Origin: Dehalococcoidia bacterium
GTDB taxonomy: Bacteria; Chloroflexota; Dehalococcoidia; GIF9; UBA5629
NCBI GenBank assembly: GCA_034433775.1
Contig: DAOUAI010000032.1
Location: 206-64,205, forward strand
DNA: 64,000 bases
Direction of reading: 5' to 3'
In this document: in pieces, positions 9,438 to 19,262 of the stretch
How positions within the stretch are numbered: position 1 is the first letter of the stretch
Layout: each line of letters opens with the position of its first letter
The notes under the pieces: model-generated
The model's input: only the letters and a program-made list of their open reading frames with translations
Databases searched by the model: none
What the model was told of the DNA's origin: nothing
Program-made: the position numbers and the translations under genes

Positions 9438-9992
9438 ATGAAGTGTCCCTATTGCGGTGATTCAGAGAGCAAGGTGATTGATTCCAGAGATGTAGGTGAT
9501 GGTATAAGGCGCCGCCGGCAATGTCTTCGTTGTCAGGCTCGATTCACCACATACGAGCAACCACAGCTACGCAACCTCTTCGTAATTAAAAAGGATGGCC
9601 GACGTGAGGAATTCAATCGTGATAAACTGCTTACCGGCGTCCGCAAAGCTTGCGAGAAGCGCCCACTACCCACAGGAAAAATCGACAAGCTGGTCGACGA
9701 CATTGAAGCTGAACTATACCGCCTCGGAAAAACAGAGATCCCTAGCTCCCTGATAGGAGACATGGTGATGGAAAGGTTGCATAACCTAGACCATATAGCC
9801 TATATTCGCTTTGCCAGTGTTTATCGCGAGTTTGCTGATATAGCCACACTAAAACAGGCAGTCGACACCTTGGTAGATACCAGGGCAAGAAGACCACCAG
9901 CTGGTCAATTGCCTTTATTACCGGAGGAAGAGTTAAAGTTTTCAGGGCACCGTCAACGCAGGCGAAGGCAAAATGATCAACCGTCAAAGTAA
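9438..9992 (+). CDS. nrdR: transcriptional repressor NrdR (zinc ribbon plus ATP-cone) with basic C-terminal tail
   Basis: MKCPYCGDSESKVIDSRD...RRRRQCLRCQARFTTYE zinc ribbon then ATP-cone; ATG 9438 preceded by AGGGGG; stop overlaps nrdJ start. Confidence 0.85.
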   Translation: MKCPYCGDSESKVIDSRDVGDGIRRRRQCLRCQARFTTYEQPQLRNLFVIKKDGRREEFNRDKLLTGVRKACEKRPLPTGKIDKLVDDIEAELYRLGKTEIPSSLIGDMVMERLHNLDHIAYIRFASVYREFADIATLKQAVDTLVDTRARRPPAGQLPLLPEEELKFSGHRQRRRRQNDQPSK

Positions 9993-12501
9993 GTTAAGCC
10001 CACAAGCTGCAACTAACCAAAACCGCATAGCCCGTGCTATTTTTGCAGCCGCGGAGGCTATGGGGATTACAGACAGGAAACTGCTGGAAGAGCTTACCGA
10101 TCAAGTTATACAAAGGCTAGAACCGAGACCTACTTTGCCAGGGATGGAGGATCTAGTGTCAAAACAGAGAAAACAAAGCCCCTCACACGCACAAATTAGA
10201 GATGCAGTCAAACAAGTCTTAGCAGGGAAAAAACAACAGACAACAGAGTCCCCACCCAGACTACTTGTCTCACAAGCACCCCCCGAGGCAGAAACAGGAT
10301 TGCACCTTTCTCAGAACGCATTGACTGTGCTTGAAAAAAGATACTTGAAAAGAGATAACCAAGGACAAGTTATCGAGACTCCCGAAGAAATGTTTCGCAG
10401 AGTGGCAAGACATATCGCCTCTGCGGAACTCAATTACGATCCTAAAGCCGATGTCAGCTTTTGGGAAGAGAAGTTTTACCAGCTTATGACCTCTTTGGAA
10501 TTCTTACCTAACTCCCCAACCCTTATGAACGCCGGTAGAGAACTCGGACAACTGTCTGCCTGTTTCGTCATTCCCGTCGATGATTCAATGGAATCCATAT
10601 TTGATGCTGTAAAATATACTGCTTTGATCCATAAAAGTGGTGGCGGCACCGGATTCTCCTTTTCCCGCTTGAGACCTAAAAATGACAGGGTGGGATCGAC
10701 TGGGGGCATCGCCAGCGGTCCAGTTTCTTTCATGCGAGCTTTTGACACGGCGACCGATGTTATTAAACAGGGGGGCATGCGTCGGGGGGCTAATATGGCT
10801 ATCTTAAACGTCGACCACCCCGATATTCTGGATTTCATTTTTGCCAAAGAAGACCCTAAAGCATTAACAAACTTTAACCTTTCAGTAGCCGTGACAGATA
10901 GCTTTATGCAAGCAGTGGAAAACGGAAAGGACTATGACCTGATAAATCCCCGAACCGGTGAGGCCACTGGCAAACTGAACGCTCAAGAAGTGTTTAGAAA
11001 GATTGCCGAAATGGCATGGCGGACCGGAGACCCTGGCATAGTCTTCATCGACACTATAAACAGGTACAACCCCACCCCTCATTTAGGAAGGATAGAAAGC
11101 ACCAACCCGTGCGGCGAACAGCCGCTGTTACCGTTTGAGTCCTGCAATCTCGGTTCTATAAACCTTTCTAAGATGGTCAAATACGAAAATGGTAATCCAG
11201 AGATTGACTTCGTTAAGCTGGGCGAGGTTATTAGACTCGGAGTACGCTTCCTCGACAATGTTATTGACGTCAACGAATTTCCATTACCTCAGATAGAAAG
11301 AATGACTAAGTCCACCAGAAAGATCGGACTCGGCGTAATGGGATTCGCTGATATGCTAATCAAGCTCTGTACCCCTTACAACTCTGAGGAGGCACTGCAA
11401 ATAGCAGAGAGACTCATGCGCTACATATCGGAAGAGGCAACCAAAGAATCTGTAAAACTGGGAATAGAACGGGGCGTGTTCCCTGCATTCAAGGGCAGCA
11501 TTTATGACACAGGCAATGGAATAAGACCGAGAAATGCCTCACGGACCACCATCGCCCCCACCGGTACGCTCAGCATAATTGCTAACTGTTCTAGTGGCAT
11601 TGAGCCACTTTTCGCACTCAGCTATACTCGTCATATCCTCGATGGCGCGGAACTCATCGAGGTTAACCCACATTTCGAAGCAATAGCTAAAAAAGAAGGC
11701 TTTTATTCACAGGAATTTATGGAGGGGCTGGCTAAAGGGAAACGGCTTAAGGATTTCGAAGGTATCCCCGGCTGGGTAAAAGAGGTTTTTGTCACCGCCC
11801 ATGATATTACCCCAGAATGGCACGTAAAGATGCAGGCAGCTTTCCAAAAATACACTGATAGTGCTGTCTCCAAGACAGTTAACTTGCCCCACGAGGCAAC
11901 GGTTGAAGATGTGGCAAAAGTGTTCCTGCTCGCTCACAAACTCGGTCTAAAAGGGATCACGATTTACCGCGACCGCAGTCGTGAAAGCCAGGTGCTGACA
12001 ACCGGTGATATTAAAGAACCTGCTTCCACAACACTGCTAAAACCAAGACATCGCCCTAAAGTTACTAAGGGGATCACTGAACGAGTGACGACAGGCTGTG
12101 GATACATATATGTTACGGTTAATTTCGATGAAAAGGGGATCTGTGAAGTATTTTCCAGCCTTGGCAAAGCAGGCGGCTGTGCGTCAGCACAACTAGAAGC
12201 TACCAGCAGGCTCATCTCCTTAGCCTTAAGATCGGGCATTGATACCGCTTCGATCACAAAACACCTCCGTGGTATCCGCTGTCCATCCGTTGCTTGGGAA
12301 GAAGGACGTGCTATCCTTTCATGTGCTGATGCTATCGCTAGTGTACTGGAGAAATATGTAAAAGACACAGGAACCGGTACTACTGACGATCAAGAAACGA
12401 CTAAGAACTGGGCAGGACAGTGTCCAGAGTGTGGGAATATCCTAATTTATCAAGAAGGTTGCCATATCTGTCCTAGCTGCGGCTACACTAAGTGCGGTTA
12501 G
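9973..12501 (+). CDS. nrdJ: adenosylcobalamin-dependent (class II) ribonucleotide reductase
   Basis: NPCGEQ active-site motif, thiyl-radical region, C-terminal CxxC...CxxC zinc ribbon; about 95-aa N-terminal region upstream of the canonical LTVLEKRYL start, so the true start may be downstream. Confidence 0.9.
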   Translation: MINRQSKLSPQAATNQNRIARAIFAAAEAMGITDRKLLEELTDQVIQRLEPRPTLPGMEDLVSKQRKQSPSHAQIRDAVKQVLAGKKQQTTESPPRLLVSQAPPEAETGLHLSQNALTVLEKRYLKRDNQGQVIETPEEMFRRVARHIASAELNYDPKADVSFWEEKFYQLMTSLEFLPNSPTLMNAGRELGQLSACFVIPVDDSMESIFDAVKYTALIHKSGGGTGFSFSRLRPKNDRVGSTGGIASGPVSFMRAFDTATDVIKQGGMRRGANMAILNVDHPDILDFIFAKEDPKALTNFNLSVAVTDSFMQAVENGKDYDLINPRTGEATGKLNAQEVFRKIAEMAWRTGDPGIVFIDTINRYNPTPHLGRIESTNPCGEQPLLPFESCNLGSINLSKMVKYENGNPEIDFVKLGEVIRLGVRFLDNVIDVNEFPLPQIERMTKSTRKIGLGVMGFADMLIKLCTPYNSEEALQIAERLMRYISEEATKESVKLGIERGVFPAFKGSIYDTGNGIRPRNASRTTIAPTGTLSIIANCSSGIEPLFALSYTRHILDGAELIEVNPHFEAIAKKEGFYSQEFMEGLAKGKRLKDFEGIPGWVKEVFVTAHDITPEWHVKMQAAFQKYTDSAVSKTVNLPHEATVEDVAKVFLLAHKLGLKGITIYRDRSRESQVLTTGDIKEPASTTLLKPRHRPKVTKGITERVTTGCGYIYVTVNFDEKGICEVFSSLGKAGGCASAQLEATSRLISLALRSGIDTASITKHLRGIRCPSVAWEEGRAILSCADAIASVLEKYVKDTGTGTTDDQETTKNWAGQCPECGNILIYQEGCHICPSCGYTKCG

Positions 12502-12513
12502 AGTCCTAAACAA

Positions 12514-13974
12514 TTGGAGGGGCATGTGGAAAACAGCGACCTCACTTTTTCCCAGGCTTTCAAACAGATAGCAAAAAGTGCAAACTCATCATTGCCACTA
12601 AGAAAAGCTCTGAACTCCATAGCCAAGAGCACCACTAAAGCCCTAAAGGCTACAGGCTGTACCATCATGCTCTTAAGCACACAAAGAGAACATCTGGACA
12701 TTGTAGCTGCCTTCGGTCTTAGCGATATGTACCTGAAAAAGGGAGCGCTAAATGCACGGAGGAGCCTCCACGAGGTTATGGAAGGAAAGATAATCTCAAT
12801 CTTCGATGCAAAAGAAGACCAACGGACTCAATATCCAGAAGCCGCAGGAATGGAAAGAATAAGCTCAATCCTAGCAGTTCCTATCCTACAGGGCGGAGAG
12901 GTAATCGGGCAAATTCGCATCTACACCCGCGAACCGACTCATTTTTCTCATGCTGAAAAAGACTTTGCATCAACAGTGGCCAATATAGTCTCCGTGGTAC
13001 TCGAAAAAGCCGAACTCCGCCAACTACTCAAGGACAAACATAAAGCAAGAGTAAGCAAAAGGCAGAGACTGGCTGAAGTCCCTAGATTACCGTCCTCATC
13101 ACTAAGGCCCTCTTCCTTTGGACATCCCAGTGAAGAAGAATTTGCCAAGCTGCTCGATTTTTACAGGATCGAATGGTTATACGAACCACGCTCTTTCCCT
13201 TTGTCATGGCAGGGCGGCAAGATAACAGAGATGTTTACCCCCGACTTTTATCTACCAGAATTGGACCTTTATATTGAACTCACAACTTTAAAACAAAGCC
13301 TGATCACAGAGAAGAACCGTAAAGTACGCCGCCTGCGTGAGCTTTACCCTGATATAAACATCAAACTTCTCACCAGAAACGATTATTTAAGACTATTAGC
13401 TAAATATGGCTACGGAAATCTAGGAGTTACAAAAGTACGAGGAATAGACCGTGTTCTTTTTAGCCATACGCAAATCCAGCGCCGTGTAAAAGCACTTGCG
13501 AAGCAAATTTCACGAGACTATGCTGGCAAGCAACTACTTTTAGTAGGTATCCTCAAGGGCGTTATTTGTTTCATGTCCGACCTTATGCAATATATATCAA
13601 TACCACTTGATATAGATTTTATGGCAATCTCATACTATGGCACCGACGCTGAAACAGTTGTGAAAATAACCAAGGATCTTACTACAAGCATTTCCGGACT
13701 GGATGTCATAATGGTAGAAGATATTGTAGATACAGGAATGACACTCAACTATGTGCTGGGGCACCTCACTTCATACAAACCAGCCAGCTTGCGCGTATGC
13801 ACCCTGCTAGACAAGCGAGTACGTCGCTTGGTCGATGTGCCACTACACTACATCGGTTTTGAAATCCCGGATGAGTTTGTAGTAGGTTACGGACTGGACT
13901 TCCGCGGAGAATACAGAAACCTGCCATTTATCGGCGTACTCAGTCCAGAGCTAACTGAAGAAAGACGAAAATGA
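12514..13974 (+). CDS. three-domain fusion: GAF sensor domain, DUF559/Vsr-like endonuclease-fold domain, hypoxanthine-guanine phosphoribosyltransferase
   Basis: N-terminal GAF fold (about aa 1-170); middle FTPDFYLPELDLYIELTT region resembling DUF559 (VDF...IELDG); C-terminal PRTase with VEDIVDTGMTL PRPP loop. ORF begins with TTG 12514; GTG 12526 five nt after GGAGG is the more likely start. Confidence 0.7.
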   Translation: MEGHVENSDLTFSQAFKQIAKSANSSLPLRKALNSIAKSTTKALKATGCTIMLLSTQREHLDIVAAFGLSDMYLKKGALNARRSLHEVMEGKIISIFDAKEDQRTQYPEAAGMERISSILAVPILQGGEVIGQIRIYTREPTHFSHAEKDFASTVANIVSVVLEKAELRQLLKDKHKARVSKRQRLAEVPRLPSSSLRPSSFGHPSEEEFAKLLDFYRIEWLYEPRSFPLSWQGGKITEMFTPDFYLPELDLYIELTTLKQSLITEKNRKVRRLRELYPDINIKLLTRNDYLRLLAKYGYGNLGVTKVRGIDRVLFSHTQIQRRVKALAKQISRDYAGKQLLLVGILKGVICFMSDLMQYISIPLDIDFMAISYYGTDAETVVKITKDLTTSISGLDVIMVEDIVDTGMTLNYVLGHLTSYKPASLRVCTLLDKRVRRLVDVPLHYIGFEIPDEFVVGYGLDFRGEYRNLPFIGVLSPELTEERRK

Positions 13975-13976
13975 GT

Positions 13977-14076
13977 TGCCCCAAGTAACCTCACCTTCCC
14001 GGCTCCACAATCCAACGCTTTTCGGCCTTCGCCTACCTTGCGTCAGTGCCTCACCGCTTCAGGCTTGACTACTTGG
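13977..14076 (+). terminator. long structured 3' region ending in a hairpin and T-tract
   Basis: TGCCCCAAGT (13977-13986) pairs with ACTTGGGGCA (14061-14070) around a 74-nt internally structured loop, then TTTTTT 14071-14076. Confidence 0.45.
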
Positions 14077-14214
14077 GGCATTTTTTAATATAACACACCT
14101 GAAACACTTTGTCAAGACCCTCTACTAGACTGCTCACTCCCACACGCGGTATAATGGGAGTCACTAAGTCGTTAGCTACCTTAATCTTTAATTCCTAAAA
14201 CAGGAGGAATACCG

Positions 14215-15453
14215 ATGGGGAAAATTTACATCATTGACGTAACTAACCGAGATGGCGTTCAGACTGCCAATCTGGGGTTGTCCAAACTTGAGAAAACAAT
14301 GATAAATCTTTACCTGAATGAGATGGGGGTCTTCCAATCAGAATTCGGATTCCCCACTACTCACCATGAAACTAATTACCTGCAAGCAAATCTAGAGCTG
14401 GCTGAGATGGGTGTGTTGAAGCCGATGAGGTTAGGAGGATGGATAAGAGCTACTGTAGACGACGTAAAGACCGCCTTCAAGCTTGTGCCAAATCTCAAAC
14501 ATCTCAACTTGTCAATTTCTACCTCTGACCAGATGATTCAGGGCAAATTTCTGGGTCGCAAGACCAGAGATGACATCATTCAAATGATGACCGAAGCAGT
14601 AGATGCCGCACGCGAGTATGGTGCTGAGTCAATAGGCGTAAACGCCGAAGATGCCTCGAGAACAGACTTAGATTTCTTAGTCAAATTTGCTTCTCAAGCA
14701 AAGTTACACGGTGCTCACCGTCTTAGATATTGTGACACCCTAGGATATGATAATCCCTTCACTATATACGAGACATCACGAACATTAGCAAAAGAAGTAG
14801 ACATACCTATAGAACTTCACTGCCATGGTGATCTTGGTATGGCAGTAGCTAATTCGCTCGCCGGAGCTAAAGGTGTGCTGGATGCCGGACAAGACGCCTA
14901 TATTAACACAACCGTGAACGGTATCGGAGAACGAGCTGGCAATGCCGATCTGGTCGCTACCGTCCTTGCAGTGACCAAATCTAAGGGATTCGCTGGAAAA
15001 TACCAGTTAGGTAACCACGTTAAACTTAACATGGCATGGAGGATAGCTAAATTTGCCAGTTACGCTTTTAAGGTGCCCATACCCATTAACCAACCAGGGG
15101 TCGGTGCCAATGCATTTGCTCACGCCTCGGGCATCCATGCCGATGGGGTCCTAAAAGACCCACAAAACTACGAACTGTACAGCTATACCGAGCTCGGAAG
15201 AGGTGAACCAGAACTTGTCGAGACTGGAAGCCAGATATGCACCGGTGAGTACGGCGGAATATCAGGCTTCAGACATGTCATGGGTAAAATGGCAGTAGAG
15301 TTCAAAGATAGTCAAGAGGCAGAAACAATACTGGAATTAGTCAGATACGCCAATGTCGCCTGCCAGAAGCCACTTGTTGAAGATGAATTGCTGTTTATTG
15401 CCAAATATCCACAAATCGCTAAAAAGTTATTGACACTTACACCGCTGGTATAA
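14215..15453 (+). CDS. HMGL-like (DRE-TIM) 2-isopropylmalate/citramalate/homocitrate synthase family protein lacking the C-terminal regulatory domain
   Basis: DVTNRDGVQ N-terminus, HCHGDLGMAVANSLAG metal site; 412 aa; RBS AGGAGG upstream. Confidence 0.75.
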   Translation: MGKIYIIDVTNRDGVQTANLGLSKLEKTMINLYLNEMGVFQSEFGFPTTHHETNYLQANLELAEMGVLKPMRLGGWIRATVDDVKTAFKLVPNLKHLNLSISTSDQMIQGKFLGRKTRDDIIQMMTEAVDAAREYGAESIGVNAEDASRTDLDFLVKFASQAKLHGAHRLRYCDTLGYDNPFTIYETSRTLAKEVDIPIELHCHGDLGMAVANSLAGAKGVLDAGQDAYINTTVNGIGERAGNADLVATVLAVTKSKGFAGKYQLGNHVKLNMAWRIAKFASYAFKVPIPINQPGVGANAFAHASGIHADGVLKDPQNYELYSYTELGRGEPELVETGSQICTGEYGGISGFRHVMGKMAVEFKDSQEAETILELVRYANVACQKPLVEDELLFIAKYPQIAKKLLTLTPLV

Positions 15454-15511
15454 TTCGCCTCTCAGATAGAAAGAAGCTGGTTTTATGAATTAAAGCTGAA
15501 AAACTGACTGG

Positions 15512-15961
15512 ATGGCAAAACTGAAAGCTCACTTAATGCCCATTGGAATAGTAAGAAACAAACTTGAAGAGCCAGGACAAAGGAGGTGGCAGAAAGTTAT
15601 CTCCGAAATAATCGTCGACAAGAAACTAGAAACAGCACTGGATGGCGTAGAAGAGTTCTCCCATCTCATAATTGTTTATTGGATGCATAAACTGCCCCAA
15701 AGGCAACAACCGCCAATAAAAGTGCATCCTCGAGGTGAGGACTCATTACCGCTAGTCGGAGTATTTGCCAGCCGGAGCCCAAGCCGCCCCAACCCGATAG
15801 GTATAACAGTAGTAAAGTTGCTTGAGCGCCAGGGAAATATCCTTAAAGTTGCAGGGCTTGACGCGATTAATGGAACACCATTGCTTGACATTAAGCCGTA
15901 CATCCCGTCCCATGATTCAATCAAAAATGCGGTAGTCCCAGAATGGCTTGAACCTAAATAG
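15512..15961 (+). CDS. tRNA m6t6A37 methyltransferase TsaA/TrmO (YaeB family)
   Basis: GVFASRSPSRPNPIG and DGTPLLDIKPY motifs of the UPF0066 beta-barrel family. Confidence 0.8.
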   Translation: MAKLKAHLMPIGIVRNKLEEPGQRRWQKVISEIIVDKKLETALDGVEEFSHLIIVYWMHKLPQRQQPPIKVHPRGEDSLPLVGVFASRSPSRPNPIGITVVKLLERQGNILKVAGLDAINGTPLLDIKPYIPSHDSIKNAVVPEWLEPK

Positions 15962-16023
15962 CCTGCCTATTAAAAAACAAACTTTGACACTGATAATAAA
16001 AAGCAGTTTAATATAAGCACAAA

Positions 16024-16098
16024 GCGGGTGTAATTCAGCGGCAGAATGCTTGCTTCCCAAGCAAGACGTCGGGAGTTCGAATCTCCTCACCCGCTCCA
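16024..16098 (+). tRNA. tRNA-Gly(CCC)
   Basis: Hand-folded cloverleaf: acceptor GCGGGTG/CACCCGC, anticodon loop TTCCCAA, T-loop TTCGAAT, 3' CCA encoded. Confidence 0.85.
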
Positions 16099-16119
16099 CA
16101 ATATTCCTGAGCTAGTAAA

Positions 16120-16320
16120 TTATCGTAACTCCACCTTATGATTTTCACCCGTTCCGTGCTCACACTCTTCACTTTCACAACACTCGCCCACTGCGCCTTC
16201 CATAGTGTACCCACAATTGGGACAGACTATTTTCTCGTCTGTGACCATAGTATCACCTTCTTCTATATAAAATTTATCCAAATCGCCTAAACACTTAGGA
16301 CACACCCACGACCTGACCAA
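16120..16320 (-). CDS. small zinc-ribbon protein (66 aa)
   Basis: CPKC...CPNC plus CCESEECEH cluster; no overlap with other genes. Confidence 0.5.
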   Translation of the reverse strand: MVRSWVCPKCLGDLDKFYIEEGDTMVTDEKIVCPNCGYTMEGAVGECCESEECEHGTGENHKVELR

Positions 16321-16452
16321 AGACGGATACCTCCCATTATGTCAAATGATGCCCTGCCCGACCTGCAAAGAAAACGCCATACCCCGTCAACCACTACCTC
16401 GATATCTCCGACTTGTCACACGCAGGACCTCCACAACATCAGACCGAAGTAT

Positions 16453-18261
16453 TTACAAATACTCCTTTATCTTTGCGGCCAACTTTCGGGGTATTCCTTT
16501 TGTCGAGGTAAGCTCCTCTACTGAAGCCGCCATTATCCGTTCCAATGAGCCAAACCTACGAAGTAAAGCCTTCTTGCGCTTTGGTCCCACACCCGGAATA
16601 GCATCGAGCAATGAGGTCATAGCGTCCCTTTGCCGCAATTTCCGGTGATACCCTAGGGCAAAACGGTGCGCTTCATCCCTCACTCTTTGAAGTAGATGCA
16701 AGGCTGCTGAAGTCCTTGGTATTTCAATCGGTGCCGGGTTGTTTGGTACAAACAAGTCCTCGTTTTCTTTAGCCAAACTAACAACAGGGATATGCTCAAT
16801 TTCAAGCTCTTTCATTACTTCTAAAGCTGCATTTAGATGCCCCCTGCCACCATCGATAAGAACAAGGTCAGGGGTCACCGACCACGTAGCTCCACCCACT
16901 AAGTAGCGCTTGAAACGTCTTGTTAGCATCTCCCGTATCATGGCATAATCATCGATGCAATCCATCACAATCTTGAAACGCCGATAGTGAGCTGGCTTTG
17001 CAAATCCCCTTTCAAAAACTACCATGCCACCTACCGCCGATCTACCCCGGATATTAGACACATCATAACCTTCTATTCTGATAGGGAGACTAGGTAAACC
17101 AAGCCTTTCCTTCAACTCTTCTAAAACTAAAGCTGTCTGCACTGTTGTCGACTGCTTTGCTTGATACATCAGTAGCCCCTGTCGGGCATTTTCGGCAACA
17201 GTATCCATTAACTGTTTTTTAACTCCACGTTGTGGCACAATCAACTTGACGACTGCACCCCTTAAACTCATCAACCACTTAGACAGGGTCTCCGGTTCCT
17301 CGACTGGATGCTGTAACAAGATAAGAGGTGGAATAGAAGTAGCCGAGGTGTAGTACTGCTTAACAAAACTGGTCAAGATTTGTCCAGGCTCCTCGCCATA
17401 AGTGCCATCCAACAGAAAATATTCACGCCCAATGAACCTATCGTTTCTTATAAAAAACACCACCACATAAGCCAGGTCCTTCGTTTGTTCCATAGCAATA
17501 GCATCGTAATCACCCCGCACTGCAACAGCTATTTTCTGTCCTTCAATAACCTTCTCTACAGCCCGAATCTGGTCCCGCAGCATAGCAGCCCTTTCAAAAT
17601 CTAACCTCTTCGACGCTTCGCCCATCTTTTGCTTCAGCTCACGAGCTACCAGCTCTTGCCTGCCCTCCAGAAATAAGATGACTTGTTTTATGATTTCCGC
17701 ATACTGCTCCTTACTCACAGCCCCAGTACAAGGACCGAGACAACGCTTGATATGATACTCAAGACATGGTCTTGTGGCATTCCCTGTAATAGCCTTACTG
17801 CAAGATCGGAAGGGGAATATCTTCTTTAGTAATCTTAGAGTCTGCCGCACCGAACTCGCGCTGGCAAACGGACCAAAATACCTGTCACCGTCCTTCACAA
17901 AACGCCGAGTGATGCGCACAGTTGGCCATTCCTCCTTCAAACCGATCTTTAGGTAAGGAAAACTCTTGTCATCCTTGAGACGGACGTTATAGCTCGGACG
18001 GTATTTCTTAATCAGGTTACACTCTAGAATAAGAGCTTCCTGTTCGGAATCAGTCACAATAGTCTCAATATCACTTATGTTGGCTACTAATTTCTGGTGC
18101 TTATCGGAAAGAGTAGAACCATGACTAAAATAAGCCTGTACACGGCTGCTCAGACACGCCGCCTTGCCCACATATATAACCTTGCCCCGGTTGTCCTTAA
18201 AAATGTAAACGCCGGGTTTCGCTGGCAATGTCTTAAGCTGCTGGACAAAAAACTTGGACAT
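16453..18261 (-). CDS. uvrC: excinuclease ABC subunit C
   Basis: N-terminal GIY-YIG (GVYIFKD...VIYVGKA), UvrBC motif, C-terminal RNase H-like and HhH domains; 602 aa. Confidence 0.9.
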   Translation of the reverse strand: MSKFFVQQLKTLPAKPGVYIFKDNRGKVIYVGKAACLSSRVQAYFSHGSTLSDKHQKLVANISDIETIVTDSEQEALILECNLIKKYRPSYNVRLKDDKSFPYLKIGLKEEWPTVRITRRFVKDGDRYFGPFASASSVRQTLRLLKKIFPFRSCSKAITGNATRPCLEYHIKRCLGPCTGAVSKEQYAEIIKQVILFLEGRQELVARELKQKMGEASKRLDFERAAMLRDQIRAVEKVIEGQKIAVAVRGDYDAIAMEQTKDLAYVVVFFIRNDRFIGREYFLLDGTYGEEPGQILTSFVKQYYTSATSIPPLILLQHPVEEPETLSKWLMSLRGAVVKLIVPQRGVKKQLMDTVAENARQGLLMYQAKQSTTVQTALVLEELKERLGLPSLPIRIEGYDVSNIRGRSAVGGMVVFERGFAKPAHYRRFKIVMDCIDDYAMIREMLTRRFKRYLVGGATWSVTPDLVLIDGGRGHLNAALEVMKELEIEHIPVVSLAKENEDLFVPNNPAPIEIPRTSAALHLLQRVRDEAHRFALGYHRKLRQRDAMTSLLDAIPGVGPKRKKALLRRFGSLERIMAASVEELTSTKGIPRKLAAKIKEYL

Positions 18262-18348
18262 AATCTTGAATTTATTGTAACACCGACCAGAAAACGAAAC
18301 AAAAGGTCAAACTATAAAACAAAAATATATAGCCCTATTTCCAACTTT

Positions 18349-19248
18349 ATGTTAAAATATAAACCGAAAATGCTTTCCGAAATTCGAGCGAGTACAGCTC
18401 CATTCCTTGATTACCTGACTAAAGAAAAGAAGTATTCCCAGAATACTCTGCTTGCCTATACAAGCGACCTGAATCAATTGATTGAATACATAGAGTCAGC
18501 AGTACCAGAAGAAGAACAAACACGGTTACGTCTGGATGCGAAGCTCCTATCTGGGTACTTGCATTCTCTTAAAGATAAGGGCTACAAACCCTCCACTGTA
18601 GCCCGTAAGGTTGCTGCCGCTAAGTCCTTCATCGCCTTCTTACTGGAGAAAGGCAAACTACAAGATGATCTGACCCCCATTTTAACCTCGCCTAAAGTAA
18701 GAAAACCTACACCAAAATCCCTGTCAGTATCAGACATCCGCAATCTGCTGGCTGAGCCAGCCAAGCTCTCTACCCCAGAAGCAAAGAGGGATAAGGCGAT
18801 GCTGGAATTACTGTACGCTACTGGCTTAAGAGCCAGTGAGCTTATGGCATTGAACGTAAAAGACATCAATCTCAAAAAGAATACTGTGAAATGCGTAAGT
18901 CGAGGTTCCAGAACAAGGGTTATACCGATTGACGATAAAGTCGCACAAGTTATCAAGGAGTATCGTGACAATGCTCGTTTACAGTTAACTAATGACGAAA
19001 AGGAAACCGCGCTGTTTGTAAATCGGCGCGGCGAACGGCTTACACGACAGGGTTTTTGGCAAATAGTACAGCATTATGCTAACAAGGCTGGGTTAGAGAT
19101 CAAGGTGACTCCACGCAATATCAGACACAGCTTCGCTATCCAAAAGCTAAAAAGTGGCGCTGACTTACAGTCAGTCAAAGAGCTTTTAGGGCATGCCCAT
19201 GTCTCCACAACCAAAGCCTATACACAAATAGAGCATATAGCGGATTAA
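18349..19248 (+). CDS. tyrosine site-specific recombinase XerC/XerD family
   Basis: R...HxxR...Y catalytic pattern (ATGLRASEL, IRHSFAI, LGHAHVSTTKAYT); ATG 18349 chosen because the upstream ORF part overlaps the uvrC start. Confidence 0.85.
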   Translation: MLKYKPKMLSEIRASTAPFLDYLTKEKKYSQNTLLAYTSDLNQLIEYIESAVPEEEQTRLRLDAKLLSGYLHSLKDKGYKPSTVARKVAAAKSFIAFLLEKGKLQDDLTPILTSPKVRKPTPKSLSVSDIRNLLAEPAKLSTPEAKRDKAMLELLYATGLRASELMALNVKDINLKKNTVKCVSRGSRTRVIPIDDKVAQVIKEYRDNARLQLTNDEKETALFVNRRGERLTRQGFWQIVQHYANKAGLEIKVTPRNIRHSFAIQKLKSGADLQSVKELLGHAHVSTTKAYTQIEHIAD

Positions 19249-19262
19249 GATAGCAAAGTGAG

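Noticed and set aside
15917-16099. 60-aa minus-strand ORF
   Set aside because: Overlaps tRNA-Gly(CCC).
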